Numbered from the stretch's first letter, positions 1 to 10,540 are shown. The stretch is 64,000 bases of DNA from a candidate division WOR-3 bacterium (GCA_037481815.1 JBBFKX010000003.1:128001-192000), one strand, 5' to 3'. Notes: a model not told the origin generated them from the letters alone. A program made the numbers and translations.

Positions 1-226
1 GGTATTTCAGAATACCCAGAATTTCATCAAACACTTTTTTTTCTTCAACGGTGAGTCCACTTTCCATTTTTTTATAAATGAATTCAAGTATATCGATAGA
101 GTGTGAGGCACTTTCAAGGTCGAGTTTTGTTTCAATCCCCGGGATCTCAATAAGTTTCATATTTGCAAGGGATTGAATATAGAACGGATTTATAACATCC
201 ATTATCTCTATCTTTTTATCAGACAA
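1..226 (-). CDS. DUF1844-like small protein (partial, runs off window start)
   Basis: Manual translation from TTG at 226 after GGAGGG: MSDKKIEIMDVINPFYIQSLANMKLIEIPG...DLESASHSIDILEFIYKKMESGLTVEEKKVF; the DL..A...IDIL....K....L..EE pattern resembles DUF1844. Confidence 0.55.
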   Translation of the reverse strand, partial: MSDKKIEIMDVINPFYIQSLANMKLIEIPGIETKLDLESASHSIDILEFIYKKMESGLTVEEKKVFDEILGILKY

Positions 227-1376
227 GATTCCCTCCATTTGTTGCTAGAATGTTTTTCTGATAGTATATGTTACCATTCTTAACAAATATTCTTGGAACT
301 CTCGGCCCTATTCCCGTTAAAATTTCGTAGTTTAAAAGACCTGAGAGTTTAGCAAGTTCGTTTATAGAAATATTCTCTCCAAAAATCTCAACCTCATCAC
401 CAACTTTTACATTTTCAACATCAGAAATATCGATCATCGTAAGATCCATACATACATTTCCAACAACCCTAACCCTTTTCCCTTTCAAAAACATATAAGA
501 TTTATTTGAGAGCAATCTTGAATATCCATCTCCGTAACCTATCAGAACCGTTGCTATCTTCATGTTTTTTTCAGCAACAAAATTTCTACCATAAGAAACG
601 GTGTCTCCCTTTTTTAAGTTTTTGATCTGACATATTCTTGATTTTAAAAACATAACCTGTTTGACCTTTATAAATTCTTTCAATCTCTCATCAGTATATT
701 GTCCATAAAGCATTATTCCAGGTCTTACAAGATTGTACAAACTACCCTTGATGTTCACTATTCCCGATGAGTTCGCAAGATGTCTATATTTAAAATTTAT
801 ACCCTTTTCTTTTAATTTATTTAAAATTATATCATATCTTCTCTTTTGTTCAATAGAAAAACCCTTATCCTCCTTTTCCGCTTCTGCAAAATGAGAAAAA
901 ATTCCTGAAACATAAATATTCTTCAAATCCAGAATTTTAGGTATCTCTCTTTCAGCATCTCTATAGGAGATGCCTGTTCTATTCATCCCTGTATCGATCT
1001 CTATATGTGCTTCTGTGATCCTGTTTTTTCTTTTTGATTCTTTATCTATACTTTTTGCATAGGAGTATGATACAAGATTTGGCATTATATTGTAATCAAC
1101 AATTTTGGGAGCATCCTTTTCGAGTGTAGGACTTAAAATCAAAATTTGATTGGGAATCCTGTGTATTCTCAGTTCTATCGCTTCATCTATCGAAGCAACT
1201 CCAAAAATTTCAATGTATGGAGATAAAACTCTTGTTATCTCTATACTATCATGACCATAAGCGTTCGCTTTAACAGCAGCGAGTATCTTTACATCTTTTC
1301 CTATAACTTTTTTTATAGTTTTAACATTGTAAAGAAGATTATCTATGTTGATTTCAGCCCAGGTTCTATTTTTCAT
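219..1376 (-). CDS. alr: Alanine racemase
   Basis: AAVKANAYGH PLP-lysine motif, HIEIDTGMNRTG, SHFA, VRPGIMLYG, VSYG, GYGDGY, VCMD. Confidence 0.96.
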   Translation of the reverse strand: MKNRTWAEINIDNLLYNVKTIKKVIGKDVKILAAVKANAYGHDSIEITRVLSPYIEIFGVASIDEAIELRIHRIPNQILILSPTLEKDAPKIVDYNIMPNLVSYSYAKSIDKESKRKNRITEAHIEIDTGMNRTGISYRDAEREIPKILDLKNIYVSGIFSHFAEAEKEDKGFSIEQKRRYDIILNKLKEKGINFKYRHLANSSGIVNIKGSLYNLVRPGIMLYGQYTDERLKEFIKVKQVMFLKSRICQIKNLKKGDTVSYGRNFVAEKNMKIATVLIGYGDGYSRLLSNKSYMFLKGKRVRVVGNVCMDLTMIDISDVENVKVGDEVEIFGENISINELAKLSGLLNYEILTGIGPRVPRIFVKNGNIYYQKNILATNGGNLV

Positions 1377-1722
1377 AAACCTCTTTGTATATTGAATCTT
1401 TTGTAAAAATTAAAAATGTATCCTTAAAAGAATATTTCAATTTCAGTTTGTAATCTTTAAAAGAACTCTCATATTCAAAAAAAGAATCAAGTGTAATATC
1501 AAAATATCTTTGAAAAACTTTTAATTCGTAAGGAAAATAATTTTCCTTTCTATAAAACCCATCGATACGATTTTTCAGAGATAAAGTTTTTAGAAGTATC
1601 TCCTCTTTCGTCATCACATTTTTATTTTTTAAATTGAAAACTGGAGGTTTTAAGAATAAACCAAGCAATATGGAAACGAAAATTAAAAGTGTTAAAAGTT
1701 TATAGAATCTGTTATTTTTCAT
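1366..1722 (-). CDS. Hypothetical membrane-anchored protein
   Basis: N-terminal hydrophobic helix; overlaps neighbours in an operon. Confidence 0.6.
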   Translation of the reverse strand: MKNNRFYKLLTLLIFVSILLGLFLKPPVFNLKNKNVMTKEEILLKTLSLKNRIDGFYRKENYFPYELKVFQRYFDITLDSFFEYESSFKDYKLKLKYSFKDTFLIFTKDSIYKEVYEK

Positions 1723-2014
1723 CCTCTATCAAACTCAAATGGTTTTCCTCGGAAATCATCGTCTGATTCCATTTAGGTTCAAACACAAGGTTTATGTTAA
1801 CATTTCCTTCTCCTGCAACTTCTTCTATCTTTTGTTTTAACTCATTTATCATCACCGAAGCAAGTGGACATCCAGGAAAAGTAAGCGTCATATCTATAAA
1901 AACTTTGTTGTTTTCGATTTTGAAACCATATATCAATCCAAGTGTCACGATATCCATACCGATTTCTGGATCTATAACCTCACGCATCTTTTCAACGATC
2001 AACTTTCTATCCAT
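1712..2014 (-). CDS. DUF59/SufT-like Fe-S cluster assembly protein
   Basis: VIDPEIGMDIVTLGLIY, MTLTFPGCP, LVFEPKW. Confidence 0.9.
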   Translation of the reverse strand: MDRKLIVEKMREVIDPEIGMDIVTLGLIYGFKIENNKVFIDMTLTFPGCPLASVMINELKQKIEEVAGEGNVNINLVFEPKWNQTMISEENHLSLIEDEK

Positions 2015-2065
2015 AATGCCTCCATAAAGTTTAAATTTATCATATAGTTAAAATAAATCAATAGT

Positions 2066-3034
2066 TTAATTCAAAATGTTTCTGTATCGCAAAAAGAACT
2101 TTTCATCTTTTCCATAAAAACTGTCGTATCTGCTTACAAGATCGTTGTAAACCTTTTCATCAAGAACAACTTTCCCTATATAAAAAGGTTTACTTTTTGT
2201 CGTGAACGACCTTTTAAATTCACTCAGACCATCTTTTCCATCCTTGGTTCCGCCACCAAGAATCATGACTTTGCTCCCACGATTCTTTGCCAATTCACAT
2301 CCTTTATACAATAAAAGGTTTGAAAGACCTTTTGTGATCTCATCTTTTAATATTGTTGAAAGATGATAATAAGAGTTGAATTCATTTTCTATCAAAAACA
2401 ATGATCCGCCAAAATATTTTTCATCTTTGTATGAGTTAAAAAGATATGAAAATTTTAAATTTTTTAAATTCAAAAAATATTTTTCGTTGAATTTTAAGAA
2501 CTCTCTACCTTTCTTTTCTTCTATCATGTTTCTATAGAGTTCATAAAATTTTAAAAACTCTTCTTCCTTCTTTTCTTCTGAAATGTAAAAATTTTTTCTT
2601 TCAGCCAACCTTATTTTATTCCTGACGGAACTTTTAAACTCTTTTGTGTACCCATCAACAAGATCAATATAGAAAACCTCTCTTATATACTCTATCCTGA
2701 AAAGATTGGACTCTGGAAGAGGGAAAAAAGGGTTAAATCTTATGAATCCAGCTATAAGATTTTCCTTTTTTAAAAGGTTAAAAAGTTCTTCAAAAAAAGG
2801 TTCAGTAAAATCTTTTTCTTTGTTCGTTGTATAAAAAGAAGAATATCCATAAGGTGTCTCAAAATCTCTATATTTTTTGTTAACAAGAAGGATCAAAAAG
2901 ATCAAATCACCATTTTTTTCTTTAAAATATAATTTTGCATCACCATAAAGTTTTGCATACTCTTCTAAAAACTGTAAATCTTTTATATTGTAATCTTTAA
3001 GAAGATTGTTCCAGTTATCACTTATTCTAATCAA
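2066..3034 (-). CDS. GNAT-fold FemAB-like acyltransferase
   Basis: DFETPYGY, FIRFNPF, YYHLS, LGGG...L..FKRSF motifs. Confidence 0.7.
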   Translation of the reverse strand: MIRISDNWNNLLKDYNIKDLQFLEEYAKLYGDAKLYFKEKNGDLIFLILLVNKKYRDFETPYGYSSFYTTNKEKDFTEPFFEELFNLLKKENLIAGFIRFNPFFPLPESNLFRIEYIREVFYIDLVDGYTKEFKSSVRNKIRLAERKNFYISEEKKEEEFLKFYELYRNMIEEKKGREFLKFNEKYFLNLKNLKFSYLFNSYKDEKYFGGSLFLIENEFNSYYHLSTILKDEITKGLSNLLLYKGCELAKNRGSKVMILGGGTKDGKDGLSEFKRSFTTKSKPFYIGKVVLDEKVYNDLVSRYDSFYGKDEKFFLRYRNILN

Positions 3035-3040
3035 AATCTC

Positions 3041-4573
3041 TCACAGGTTATAAAAATATTTGTTATCGAGAATCCTGTACTGGATCGCTTCAGATATATG
3101 TTCATCCTTTATATTCTCGTCTCCTGCAAGATCCGCTATAGTTCTTGCAACTTTGATTATTTTTGTTATCGATCTTGGGGAGAACGAATAATGCTTCATC
3201 GCAGTTTCAAGTAAAAGTTTAGAATCAGAATCGAGTTTACAAAAAATTTTTAAATATTTCGAAGTCAAATGTCCATTTCTTCTGATGTTTTTCAGACCCT
3301 TATATCTTTCTTCCTGTTTGTTGACAACATTTTGAACTCTCTTTCTTATATCTTTTGATCTCTCAACTTTTTCTTCATCAGATTCGTTCAAAAAGTCAAT
3401 TCTTGGGACTTCAATATGAATATCGATTCTATCTAGTATCGGGCCTGAAATTTTTGAAAGGTATTTTTGAATATCAAAGGGTGTACATTTACATATATGG
3501 TTAGGATCTGAATAGTATCCACATCTACACGGATTCATCGCTGCGATCAAGGTAAACCTTGAAGGATAAACGAATGTATTCTGTGCTCTTGATACTGTTA
3601 CATATCCATCTTCAAGTGGCTGTCTTAACGATTCGATTATATTTTTAGAGAACTCAGGGAATTCATCAAGGAATAAAACACCGTTATGTGCAAGTGAGAC
3701 CTCTCCTGGATGTGAGTCCTGTCCTCCACCGATCAGAGCGACATCCGAGATAGTATGGTGTGGACTTCTGAACGGTCTTTCTTTTATTATTCCCTCATTG
3801 TCTTTCAAAAGTCCCCTTATCGAATATATTTTCGTCGTTTCGAGTGACTCCTCATCCGTCATCTCAGGTAAAATCGTTACAAACCTTTTTGCGAGCATAG
3901 TTTTTCCCGTTCCAGGAGGTCCAATCATCAAAACATTGTGTCCCCCGGAGGCTGCTATCTCAAGTGCTCGTTTCTGTAACAACAAACCTTTAACATCCTC
4001 AAAACCAAAATCGTATTCGAAAGATTCTTCTATCTGGTCTTTGTTCTCATAAGGTTTTATCTCTTTTGAACCAGACAGGAATTCAATGACCTCTCTGAGA
4101 TCTTTTACAGGATATACCTTCATACCTTTTACTACAGATGCCTCTTTTCTATTTGAATATGGCAAAATGATTTTTCTTTCACCCTTCTCATAGATGGATG
4201 AAACTATTGCGAGGATCCCGTTAACACCTCTCACTTTTCCATCGAGTGCAAGTTCCCCAACAAAAATATAATCTTCAGAAAAATTTTTCACTATACCCAA
4301 AGATTTCAAAAGGGAAACAGCAATCGGAAGATCAAAATATGAGCCCTCTTTTTTTATATCCGCTGGAGCAAGGTTTACCGTTATTCTTCTATCAGGAAAT
4401 GGAAAGTTTGAATTTTTAATTGCACTTCTTATCCTTTCTTTTGATTCCTTCACAGTTCTTTCAGCAAGTCCAACTATGTTGAAAGCGGGTAGTCCGTTTT
4501 GAACATCAGTTTCAACTTCAACAACATAACCTTCAATACCCCTGATCCCTGCTGATTTTAGTGTTGAGATCAT
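3041..4573 (-). CDS. comM: YifB/ComM family AAA+ ATPase (Mg-chelatase-like)
   Basis: ITVNLAPADIKKEGSYFDLPIA, Walker A GPPGTGKT, PFRSPHH, GVLFLDEFPEF, AAMNPCRCG, KISGPILDRID. Confidence 0.92.
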   Translation of the reverse strand: MISTLKSAGIRGIEGYVVEVETDVQNGLPAFNIVGLAERTVKESKERIRSAIKNSNFPFPDRRITVNLAPADIKKEGSYFDLPIAVSLLKSLGIVKNFSEDYIFVGELALDGKVRGVNGILAIVSSIYEKGERKIILPYSNRKEASVVKGMKVYPVKDLREVIEFLSGSKEIKPYENKDQIEESFEYDFGFEDVKGLLLQKRALEIAASGGHNVLMIGPPGTGKTMLAKRFVTILPEMTDEESLETTKIYSIRGLLKDNEGIIKERPFRSPHHTISDVALIGGGQDSHPGEVSLAHNGVLFLDEFPEFSKNIIESLRQPLEDGYVTVSRAQNTFVYPSRFTLIAAMNPCRCGYYSDPNHICKCTPFDIQKYLSKISGPILDRIDIHIEVPRIDFLNESDEEKVERSKDIRKRVQNVVNKQEERYKGLKNIRRNGHLTSKYLKIFCKLDSDSKLLLETAMKHYSFSPRSITKIIKVARTIADLAGDENIKDEHISEAIQYRILDNKYFYNL

Positions 4574-6446
4574 AAATTTTTTCCAACCTCCTCCTTACAA
4601 CTCCATCTGAAATAGATCTTATAACTTTTGGAATCTCCTGAACTTTTTCATAATATTTTTCTTTATCATTTTTTTTCAAAAATTTTAAATAGTTATAAAA
4701 AAGTTTTGCGTGTTCCAACAACCTGTAGGATGTTTTTAACTTTTCACAACTTCTTTCAAAAATCTTTTCTCTCTCTTTAACATCAACATTTTTCTCACCC
4801 TTTATATAATGGAACATTATTCCATTGGCACGGTCTTTTTTTATCATACTTTCATATTTTCTAACGATCTCCTTTTTCTTTTTTTTACTTTTCAAAAATC
4901 TTGTTAAAAAGAAAACAGATTCTGTTAACAGATAACCGTTTCCTATCTGGACTCCAATATTGTAAGTTTTAAGGTAATAATCTTTTGATTGTTTATAATT
5001 TTTCTTCATCAGATACAATCTTCCAAGATTGTTATAAACCATCCATAGACCTAGTTTATTGTTCAATTTTAAAGCGTTATCGAGTGATTCGAGAAGGTTA
5101 TACTCAGCATCAAGAAATTTCCCCTGCTCCATATACACAAGGGCTATTCCACTCTGACTTCTTACAGAACCGTAAAGATCGTTATAAAAGTGTTTTATGT
5201 CAATAGAATTGAGATAACATTCAGAAGACCTTTCAAAATTCCCCATATTCAGATAAACGAATCCTTTTGCATCATAATATTTTGCAAGATCAAGAGTCAT
5301 CTCTTTTTTGAAATTTATCAACTGGTTGTATTTAACAATTGAAAAATGTTTCTCTGCAAGGGTCTCCTTTTCTTTTTCAAAACTCTCCTCCATTTTATCG
5401 TAAAACTCTTTTGACATATCAAGGTATTTAAACACCTCATCTATATTTTTTCCCATCTTAAAAAACACCATTCCTATATGTCTTGACGCTCTCGATTTTT
5501 CAAGAAGGTTAGCACTTTTACTTTTTAAAACCTTAAAAGAATAATTCAAGGAATTTTCATATTCGTTCAAATAATAGTAACCAGAAGAAAGTTCGTTGTA
5601 AAGTTCATATCTTGAAAATTTTTTATTGTTACCTTTTAAATTTTTTTCAACCTGCTTTAAAATTTTGATCCCATCCTTATTTTTTCCACCCTGAACAAAT
5701 ATTTTCCCAATATTCAAATCTATTAAAAGTTTATCATCTCTATTCTTCATCCTTTTTCTTGCATCCTTCAAAAACAGATAAGATTTTTCTAACGAGTTTA
5801 TACTCTGGATCTTCAATAGATGTAAACCTTTTTCGAGATGAATATAACCCTCATTATAAAGTTGTATAAAAATGTCAACTATTTCGGGATCAAATTGGGT
5901 TTTTGAATTCTTTTTAATTTCTTTTATTGCATTCTCTTCACTTTTTATCTCTTTTTTATAACTTCTTCCTGAAGTCATAGCATCAAACGAATCAGCAACT
6001 GCAATTATGCGTGAAAATAGCGGAATATTTTTTCCCTTCAATCCATCAGGATAACCTTTACCGTCAAACCTTTCATGATGATGTTTGATAGCTTCCTGCA
6101 ATCCATTAACATATTTGAAAGAACCGAGAAGATAAGCACCATAGATCGAATGTCTTTTGATTTCCGAGAACTGGAATCTGTTCAATTTTCTTTTACTGTT
6201 CAAAATTGAAATCGGAACCTTCACTTTTCCTATATCATGTAAAATCGATGCAAGATATAACACATCAAGATCTTTTTTGGAAAGTCCCAATCTTTTTCCT
6301 ATTAGAATAGAATATCTCTGAACTCTCTCGGAATGACCTATTGTGTATTCATCTTTGGCATCTATAACATCTGATAAATATTTTATCGTATTTAAAAAGA
6401 GTTCTTCGTTTTCAAGCGAATTTGATAACTTCTTAAAATCTCTCAT
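4533..6446 (-). CDS. HD-GYP phosphodiesterase domain fused to C-terminal TPR-like repeats
   Basis: HSERV, LHDIGK, HHERFDGKGYPDGL, AVADSFDAMT, then helical TPR-like repeats; start moved to ATG 6446 because the ORF-track 5' extension is the tmRNA T-arm. Confidence 0.85.
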   Translation of the reverse strand: MRDFKKLSNSLENEELFLNTIKYLSDVIDAKDEYTIGHSERVQRYSILIGKRLGLSKKDLDVLYLASILHDIGKVKVPISILNSKRKLNRFQFSEIKRHSIYGAYLLGSFKYVNGLQEAIKHHHERFDGKGYPDGLKGKNIPLFSRIIAVADSFDAMTSGRSYKKEIKSEENAIKEIKKNSKTQFDPEIVDIFIQLYNEGYIHLEKGLHLLKIQSINSLEKSYLFLKDARKRMKNRDDKLLIDLNIGKIFVQGGKNKDGIKILKQVEKNLKGNNKKFSRYELYNELSSGYYYLNEYENSLNYSFKVLKSKSANLLEKSRASRHIGMVFFKMGKNIDEVFKYLDMSKEFYDKMEESFEKEKETLAEKHFSIVKYNQLINFKKEMTLDLAKYYDAKGFVYLNMGNFERSSECYLNSIDIKHFYNDLYGSVRSQSGIALVYMEQGKFLDAEYNLLESLDNALKLNNKLGLWMVYNNLGRLYLMKKNYKQSKDYYLKTYNIGVQIGNGYLLTESVFFLTRFLKSKKKKKEIVRKYESMIKKDRANGIMFHYIKGEKNVDVKEREKIFERSCEKLKTSYRLLEHAKLFYNYLKFLKKNDKEKYYEKVQEIPKVIRSISDGVVRRRLEKIYDLNTKISRDQGY

Positions 6447-6454
6447 ATTAAAAA

Positions 6455-6787
6455 TGGAGGCGGCGGGAATCGAACCCGCGTCCAAAGATAGATGTTCAGT
6501 TCTTCTACATGCTTAGCATCCATGAATTTATCCTGATTGGCTGGATGCGACCTTTCAGGATTTTTGCCCTTCTCTTTTGGTATGATTTGGGCAGATCATA
6601 CCAGCAGTCAGGATAGATGAAGGTCATTTCAAAACCCCTGACCGGTCTTGAAAGCCCTGCCGCTAAATTATGCGGCTAAAGCGAAATTGTTGTCTTTTCT
6701 TTTTCGCCGGTTTTTTTACGAGACACCAGCAATCTCGGCATGCTTCCCCTGAACAAGATTATCCCTGTCGAGACCAATTTCGCCCCC
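6455..6787 (-). ncRNA. ssrA: tmRNA
   Basis: 5' GGGGGCG pairs with 3' CGCCUCC-A (G3.U70 Ala identity); T-arm GCGGGUUCGAUUCCCGC; pk1 (CGAGA/UCUCG, GCUGG/CCGGC); tag GAC AAC AAT TTC GCT TTA GCC GCA TAA = (A)DNNFALAA at 6694-6668; CCA not encoded. Confidence 0.95.
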
Positions 6788-6837
6788 CAACATTATAATA
6801 ACTCAAATTTTATTTTTTTCAACATATAAATTTTTTA

Positions 6838-6865
6838 TTGAAATATTTTTTTTTAATCATATAAT
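6838..6865 (+). promoter_or_regulatory. Sigma70-type promoter of the hybrid kinase (divergent from ssrA)
   Basis: TTGAAA-N16-TATAAT. Confidence 0.55.
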
Positions 6866-6877
6866 ATGATAAGGGAA

Positions 6878-9800
6878 ATGAAAAATATCTTTTTGAACAG
6901 ATCAAACCTTTTAAAATTTATTATACTTATAAATACCTTAATATTCCTCATATTCGTTTTGATATTTTTAAAACAGATAAATTTTGTCAAACAGGAAGAA
7001 AATAAAAAGATATTCAACTCTCTTGAGCATAATCATGAATTTTTCATAATCAAAAAACAAAATCTTTATGAGGACTTAAAATTTATTAGTTATCTTTACA
7101 CAATTAACGACTTTTTGAAAAACAGTTCTGATCCTCTTGTGAGGGAAAGATTTTTAAATAAGGTAAAAGAGATACACAACGCCTACAACGAGATCGTTTC
7201 AATAACTCTATTCGATCGAGACAACAAAATCATATTTTCTGAAAACAACGAAAATTATTCGGACACAACACTTCTTGTAGGTTCAATTATAGAAAAGACA
7301 ATAAAACTTTCAAAAATAAAAAATTCAGGTGAACAGGTCATTTTTGATGCGTATGTGCCGGTTTTTGATAAGAGAACTCAAAAATTTATCGGAACTATAG
7401 AACTTGATATTGATTTTTACAAATTCTATTCTTTCGAAAAAGGACACTTTTTTCCTTTCAAAGATTTAAACACATATTTTGTTCAACTCGATAAAGAATC
7501 ACTCTACTTTTTTCAGATAACAGATTATAAACCTGAAATAAATTCTTTTGAAATTTACGATTTTTCAAATCTTTTTGAAAATCTTGAATCAAAAAACACT
7601 TTCATTCTGTACTCACAAAAGGAAAAGAAAAAATTTTTCTCTTCAGTACAAAAAATCGATGAAAATGAATATCTGATCGCATATATCGATTATAAAAAGT
7701 ATATATCAAACATATTAAGGGTTTTATCATATACTCTCTTATTCTTCATTTTTGTAACAACCTTTTTCGATCTCATTTTAATTTTTATATACCTTTTGAT
7801 AAACAATTTTCTTTACAGAAAGGAAATAGAAAACAAAAAAGAGATCGAGAAAACGAAAAAGTATCTTGAAACACTTTTGAATTCATCTCCTCTTTATATT
7901 CTTGATATTACAAAAGATCTAAAGATCAACTTTTTTATAAACGAATCAGCAAAAATTTTCTTCAATTCCGATAAAAATAGTTTCGATTTCAAAAATGTTT
8001 TGTTAAGAGACGACTATGCAAAGTTAAGAAGTTGTGTCGATAAATTTTATGAAGACAAAGATAAAAATTTTGATTCCTTTGAAACAAAAATAAAAATTGA
8101 TCTTGATGAAAGATATTTAACATTTCTCCTTTCTCCCATAAAGGATCAGGATGGTGAGATTTTATCAATCCTTGTAATAATTTCTGATATCACAGATTTA
8201 AAAAATTATGAACTTGATCTTGAAGATAAAAACAAAAAACTTCTATTCACTTTACAGCAACTCGAATCAACAAACGAGGAGTTACAGACATCTGAAGAAG
8301 AACTCCTCGCAACAGAAGAAGAGTTAAAATACCAGATCGAGGAACTTGAAAAGAAAAGTAAAATTCTCCATGAAACAGAAGAGAAATTTAAAATCGCTTT
8401 AAAAAACTCAAACATTTCAGTGTTCGTTCAGGATAGAGATTTGAAATACAACTATGGTTTCAATATTCCAGACAATATTCCGTTTGAAATGCTTTTTGAA
8501 AAAGTTGATGAGGATATTTTTAAAGGAAAAAATGTTGAAAAGTTCGTACGTATGAAACATCTTGCGATCACAAACGGAGAAAAATTTTCAGGTGAGATAG
8601 AACTGATATTTTTTAAAACAAAACATTACTTTTTCTATACTATAGAACCATTCTATTCAAAGGATGAAAAAATTTCTGGTGTTTTAACTGCACTCCAGGA
8701 TATAAGTGAAAAAGTTGAGATGCAAAAGGAGTTGATGCAGGTTTTTAAACTTGAAGCACTCGGGAACCTTGCAGGTGGTATTGCACATGATTTTAACAAC
8801 ATTCTTGCTGGAATAATCGGTAACGCAGAGATACTTGATATGAGGATCGGGGAGGATCAGGAACTCTCAAAGTATATCAAAAGTATAATCAAAATCTCTG
8901 AAAGTGCTTCAAAACTCACAAAACAACTTTTATCTTTTGCAAGAAAAGGGAAATATCAGAACATTGATTTTTCGGTTCACAAAATTATAAATGAAGTTTG
9001 CGATATACTTGAAAGAACGATTGACAGAAGAATAAGAATTGAACAACACCTTAAGGCAAAACCATCTTCAATAAAAGGCGATCCAGCACAGATAGAAACA
9101 GCGTTGATGAACCTCATTATAAACTCAAAGGATGCAATTTTGGAAAAAGGCGGTGACGGAAAAATAGAAGTTAGAACCGAAACCATAATCGTTGATGAAA
9201 ATTTCAACAGGTTTTTGAACACAAAACTTGAAAACGGAACATATATTCACATATCCGTATCGGATGATGGAATCGGGATGGATGATGAGATAAAAAAACA
9301 TATATTTGAACCATTCTTTACAACAAAAGATGTTGGAAAAGGAACAGGGCTTGGGCTTGCAAGTGTTTACGGAACGATAAAAAATCATAAAGGATATATA
9401 GATTTTTACTCTGAGAGATTCAAAGGAACAACATTTAATATTTATCTACCTCTATCAAACACTGATCTGGAAGAGGAAGTGGAACAGGAAAGCGAAAAAA
9501 TAATTAATCTGAACATGAAAAAATCTATATTGATAATAGACGATGAAGAATCTATAAGAAACAGTTGTAAAGAGATGCTTGAAAAAGAGGGTGTTAAAGT
9601 GTTGACAGCAAAGGATGGAATTGAAGGTGTTGAGATTTTTGAACAAAATAAAGATGAAATTTGTCTGATAATTCTTGATATGATAATGCCCAAGATGTCC
9701 GGGAAAGATACTTTTATAGGAATAAAAAAATTGGATAGGGATATACCGGTTATACTCTGTTCTGGCTACTCTGAGGAGGGGGAAGCTGAAGAGATTATAA

Positions 9801-9880
9801 GCATGGGAGTTGAAGCATTTTTACAAAAACCTTACAGGATGAAAACTTTAATAGAAACAATAAAAAAAATATTAAGGTGA
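6878..9880 (+). CDS. Membrane-bound hybrid sensor histidine kinase (periplasmic sensor, PAS, HisKA, HATPase, REC)
   Basis: Two TM segments, LAGGIAHDFNNIL H-box, NLIINSKDA N-box, DDGIGM, FFTTK..GKGTGLGL, C-terminal IIDDE...ILDMIMP...KP; start placed at ATG 6878 after AAGGGA. Confidence 0.92.
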   Translation: MKNIFLNRSNLLKFIILINTLIFLIFVLIFLKQINFVKQEENKKIFNSLEHNHEFFIIKKQNLYEDLKFISYLYTINDFLKNSSDPLVRERFLNKVKEIHNAYNEIVSITLFDRDNKIIFSENNENYSDTTLLVGSIIEKTIKLSKIKNSGEQVIFDAYVPVFDKRTQKFIGTIELDIDFYKFYSFEKGHFFPFKDLNTYFVQLDKESLYFFQITDYKPEINSFEIYDFSNLFENLESKNTFILYSQKEKKKFFSSVQKIDENEYLIAYIDYKKYISNILRVLSYTLLFFIFVTTFFDLILIFIYLLINNFLYRKEIENKKEIEKTKKYLETLLNSSPLYILDITKDLKINFFINESAKIFFNSDKNSFDFKNVLLRDDYAKLRSCVDKFYEDKDKNFDSFETKIKIDLDERYLTFLLSPIKDQDGEILSILVIISDITDLKNYELDLEDKNKKLLFTLQQLESTNEELQTSEEELLATEEELKYQIEELEKKSKILHETEEKFKIALKNSNISVFVQDRDLKYNYGFNIPDNIPFEMLFEKVDEDIFKGKNVEKFVRMKHLAITNGEKFSGEIELIFFKTKHYFFYTIEPFYSKDEKISGVLTALQDISEKVEMQKELMQVFKLEALGNLAGGIAHDFNNILAGIIGNAEILDMRIGEDQELSKYIKSIIKISESASKLTKQLLSFARKGKYQNIDFSVHKIINEVCDILERTIDRRIRIEQHLKAKPSSIKGDPAQIETALMNLIINSKDAILEKGGDGKIEVRTETIIVDENFNRFLNTKLENGTYIHISVSDDGIGMDDEIKKHIFEPFFTTKDVGKGTGLGLASVYGTIKNHKGYIDFYSERFKGTTFNIYLPLSNTDLEEEVEQESEKIINLNMKKSILIIDDEESIRNSCKEMLEKEGVKVLTAKDGIEGVEIFEQNKDEICLIILDMIMPKMSGKDTFIGIKKLDRDIPVILCSGYSEEGEAEEIISMGVEAFLQKPYRMKTLIETIKKILR

Positions 9881-9883
9881 TCA

Positions 9884-10540
9884 TCACACCTCATTAAAAT
9901 GATGTTTTACACTTTTTCCCGTTATCATAAAAATCGTATCCTCTGCAATATTAGTTGAAAGATCAGCAACCCTTTCGATGTTTTTGGCAACATCTATCAC
10001 TGCAATGTCTACAAGTGAATTTTCCTGACATTTGTTAAGTCCTGAAATCATTTCCTCAACAATTTTATTTCTCAAAAGGTCAACTTCATCATCCTGATTC
10101 AAAACTTCTTTTGCAATATTTATATCCCCATCCACGAAAGATTTTATACTCTTCTCAAACATTTTTTTTGCAACGGAATAGATTTTTTCAAGATCTTTAT
10201 TTTTTTCAAAAATCTTTTCTCCTTTTAAACTATCTATCCTTGAAGATATGTTTACACTATGGTCTCCTATCCTTTCAAGATCATTATTTATTTTCAATAT
10301 TGTAAAAAGTGCTCTTAAATCTGAAGCAACCGGCTGATTGGTTGCAATTATTGAGACACATTCGTTTTCTATTTCTACCTCTTTTCTGTTTGCAAAATCT
10401 TCCATCTCTTTGATTACCCTTTCTGCTATAACACTATCGTTATTCTTTAAAGAAAGTATTGAATCCTCAAACATTTTTTCAATAAACAAAGAGTAGTCGA
10501 TCAACTCTTTTTTCAAACTTTCGATCCTTTCCTTTAGCAT
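9884..10540 (-). CDS. phoU: Phosphate signalling protein PhoU
   Basis: QPVASDLR, DLERIGDH, DDEVD, IERVAD..TNIAE; last gene of the pst operon. Confidence 0.93.
   Translation of the reverse strand: MLKERIESLKKELIDYSLFIEKMFEDSILSLKNNDSVIAERVIKEMEDFANRKEVEIENECVSIIATNQPVASDLRALFTILKINNDLERIGDHSVNISSRIDSLKGEKIFEKNKDLEKIYSVAKKMFEKSIKSFVDGDINIAKEVLNQDDEVDLLRNKIVEEMISGLNKCQENSLVDIAVIDVAKNIERVADLSTNIAEDTIFMITGKSVKHHFNEV

Noticed and set aside
6447..6485. N-terminal MDAGSIPAASIFN of the 650-aa ORF, and a possible tRNA here
   Set aside because: It is the tRNA-like 3' end of tmRNA, not protein and not a separate tRNA
6668..6710. Apparent frameshift in the tmRNA tag if resumed at GGC
   Set aside because: CCGGC belongs to pseudoknot 1; resuming at GAC 11 nt later gives a clean DNNFALAA tag
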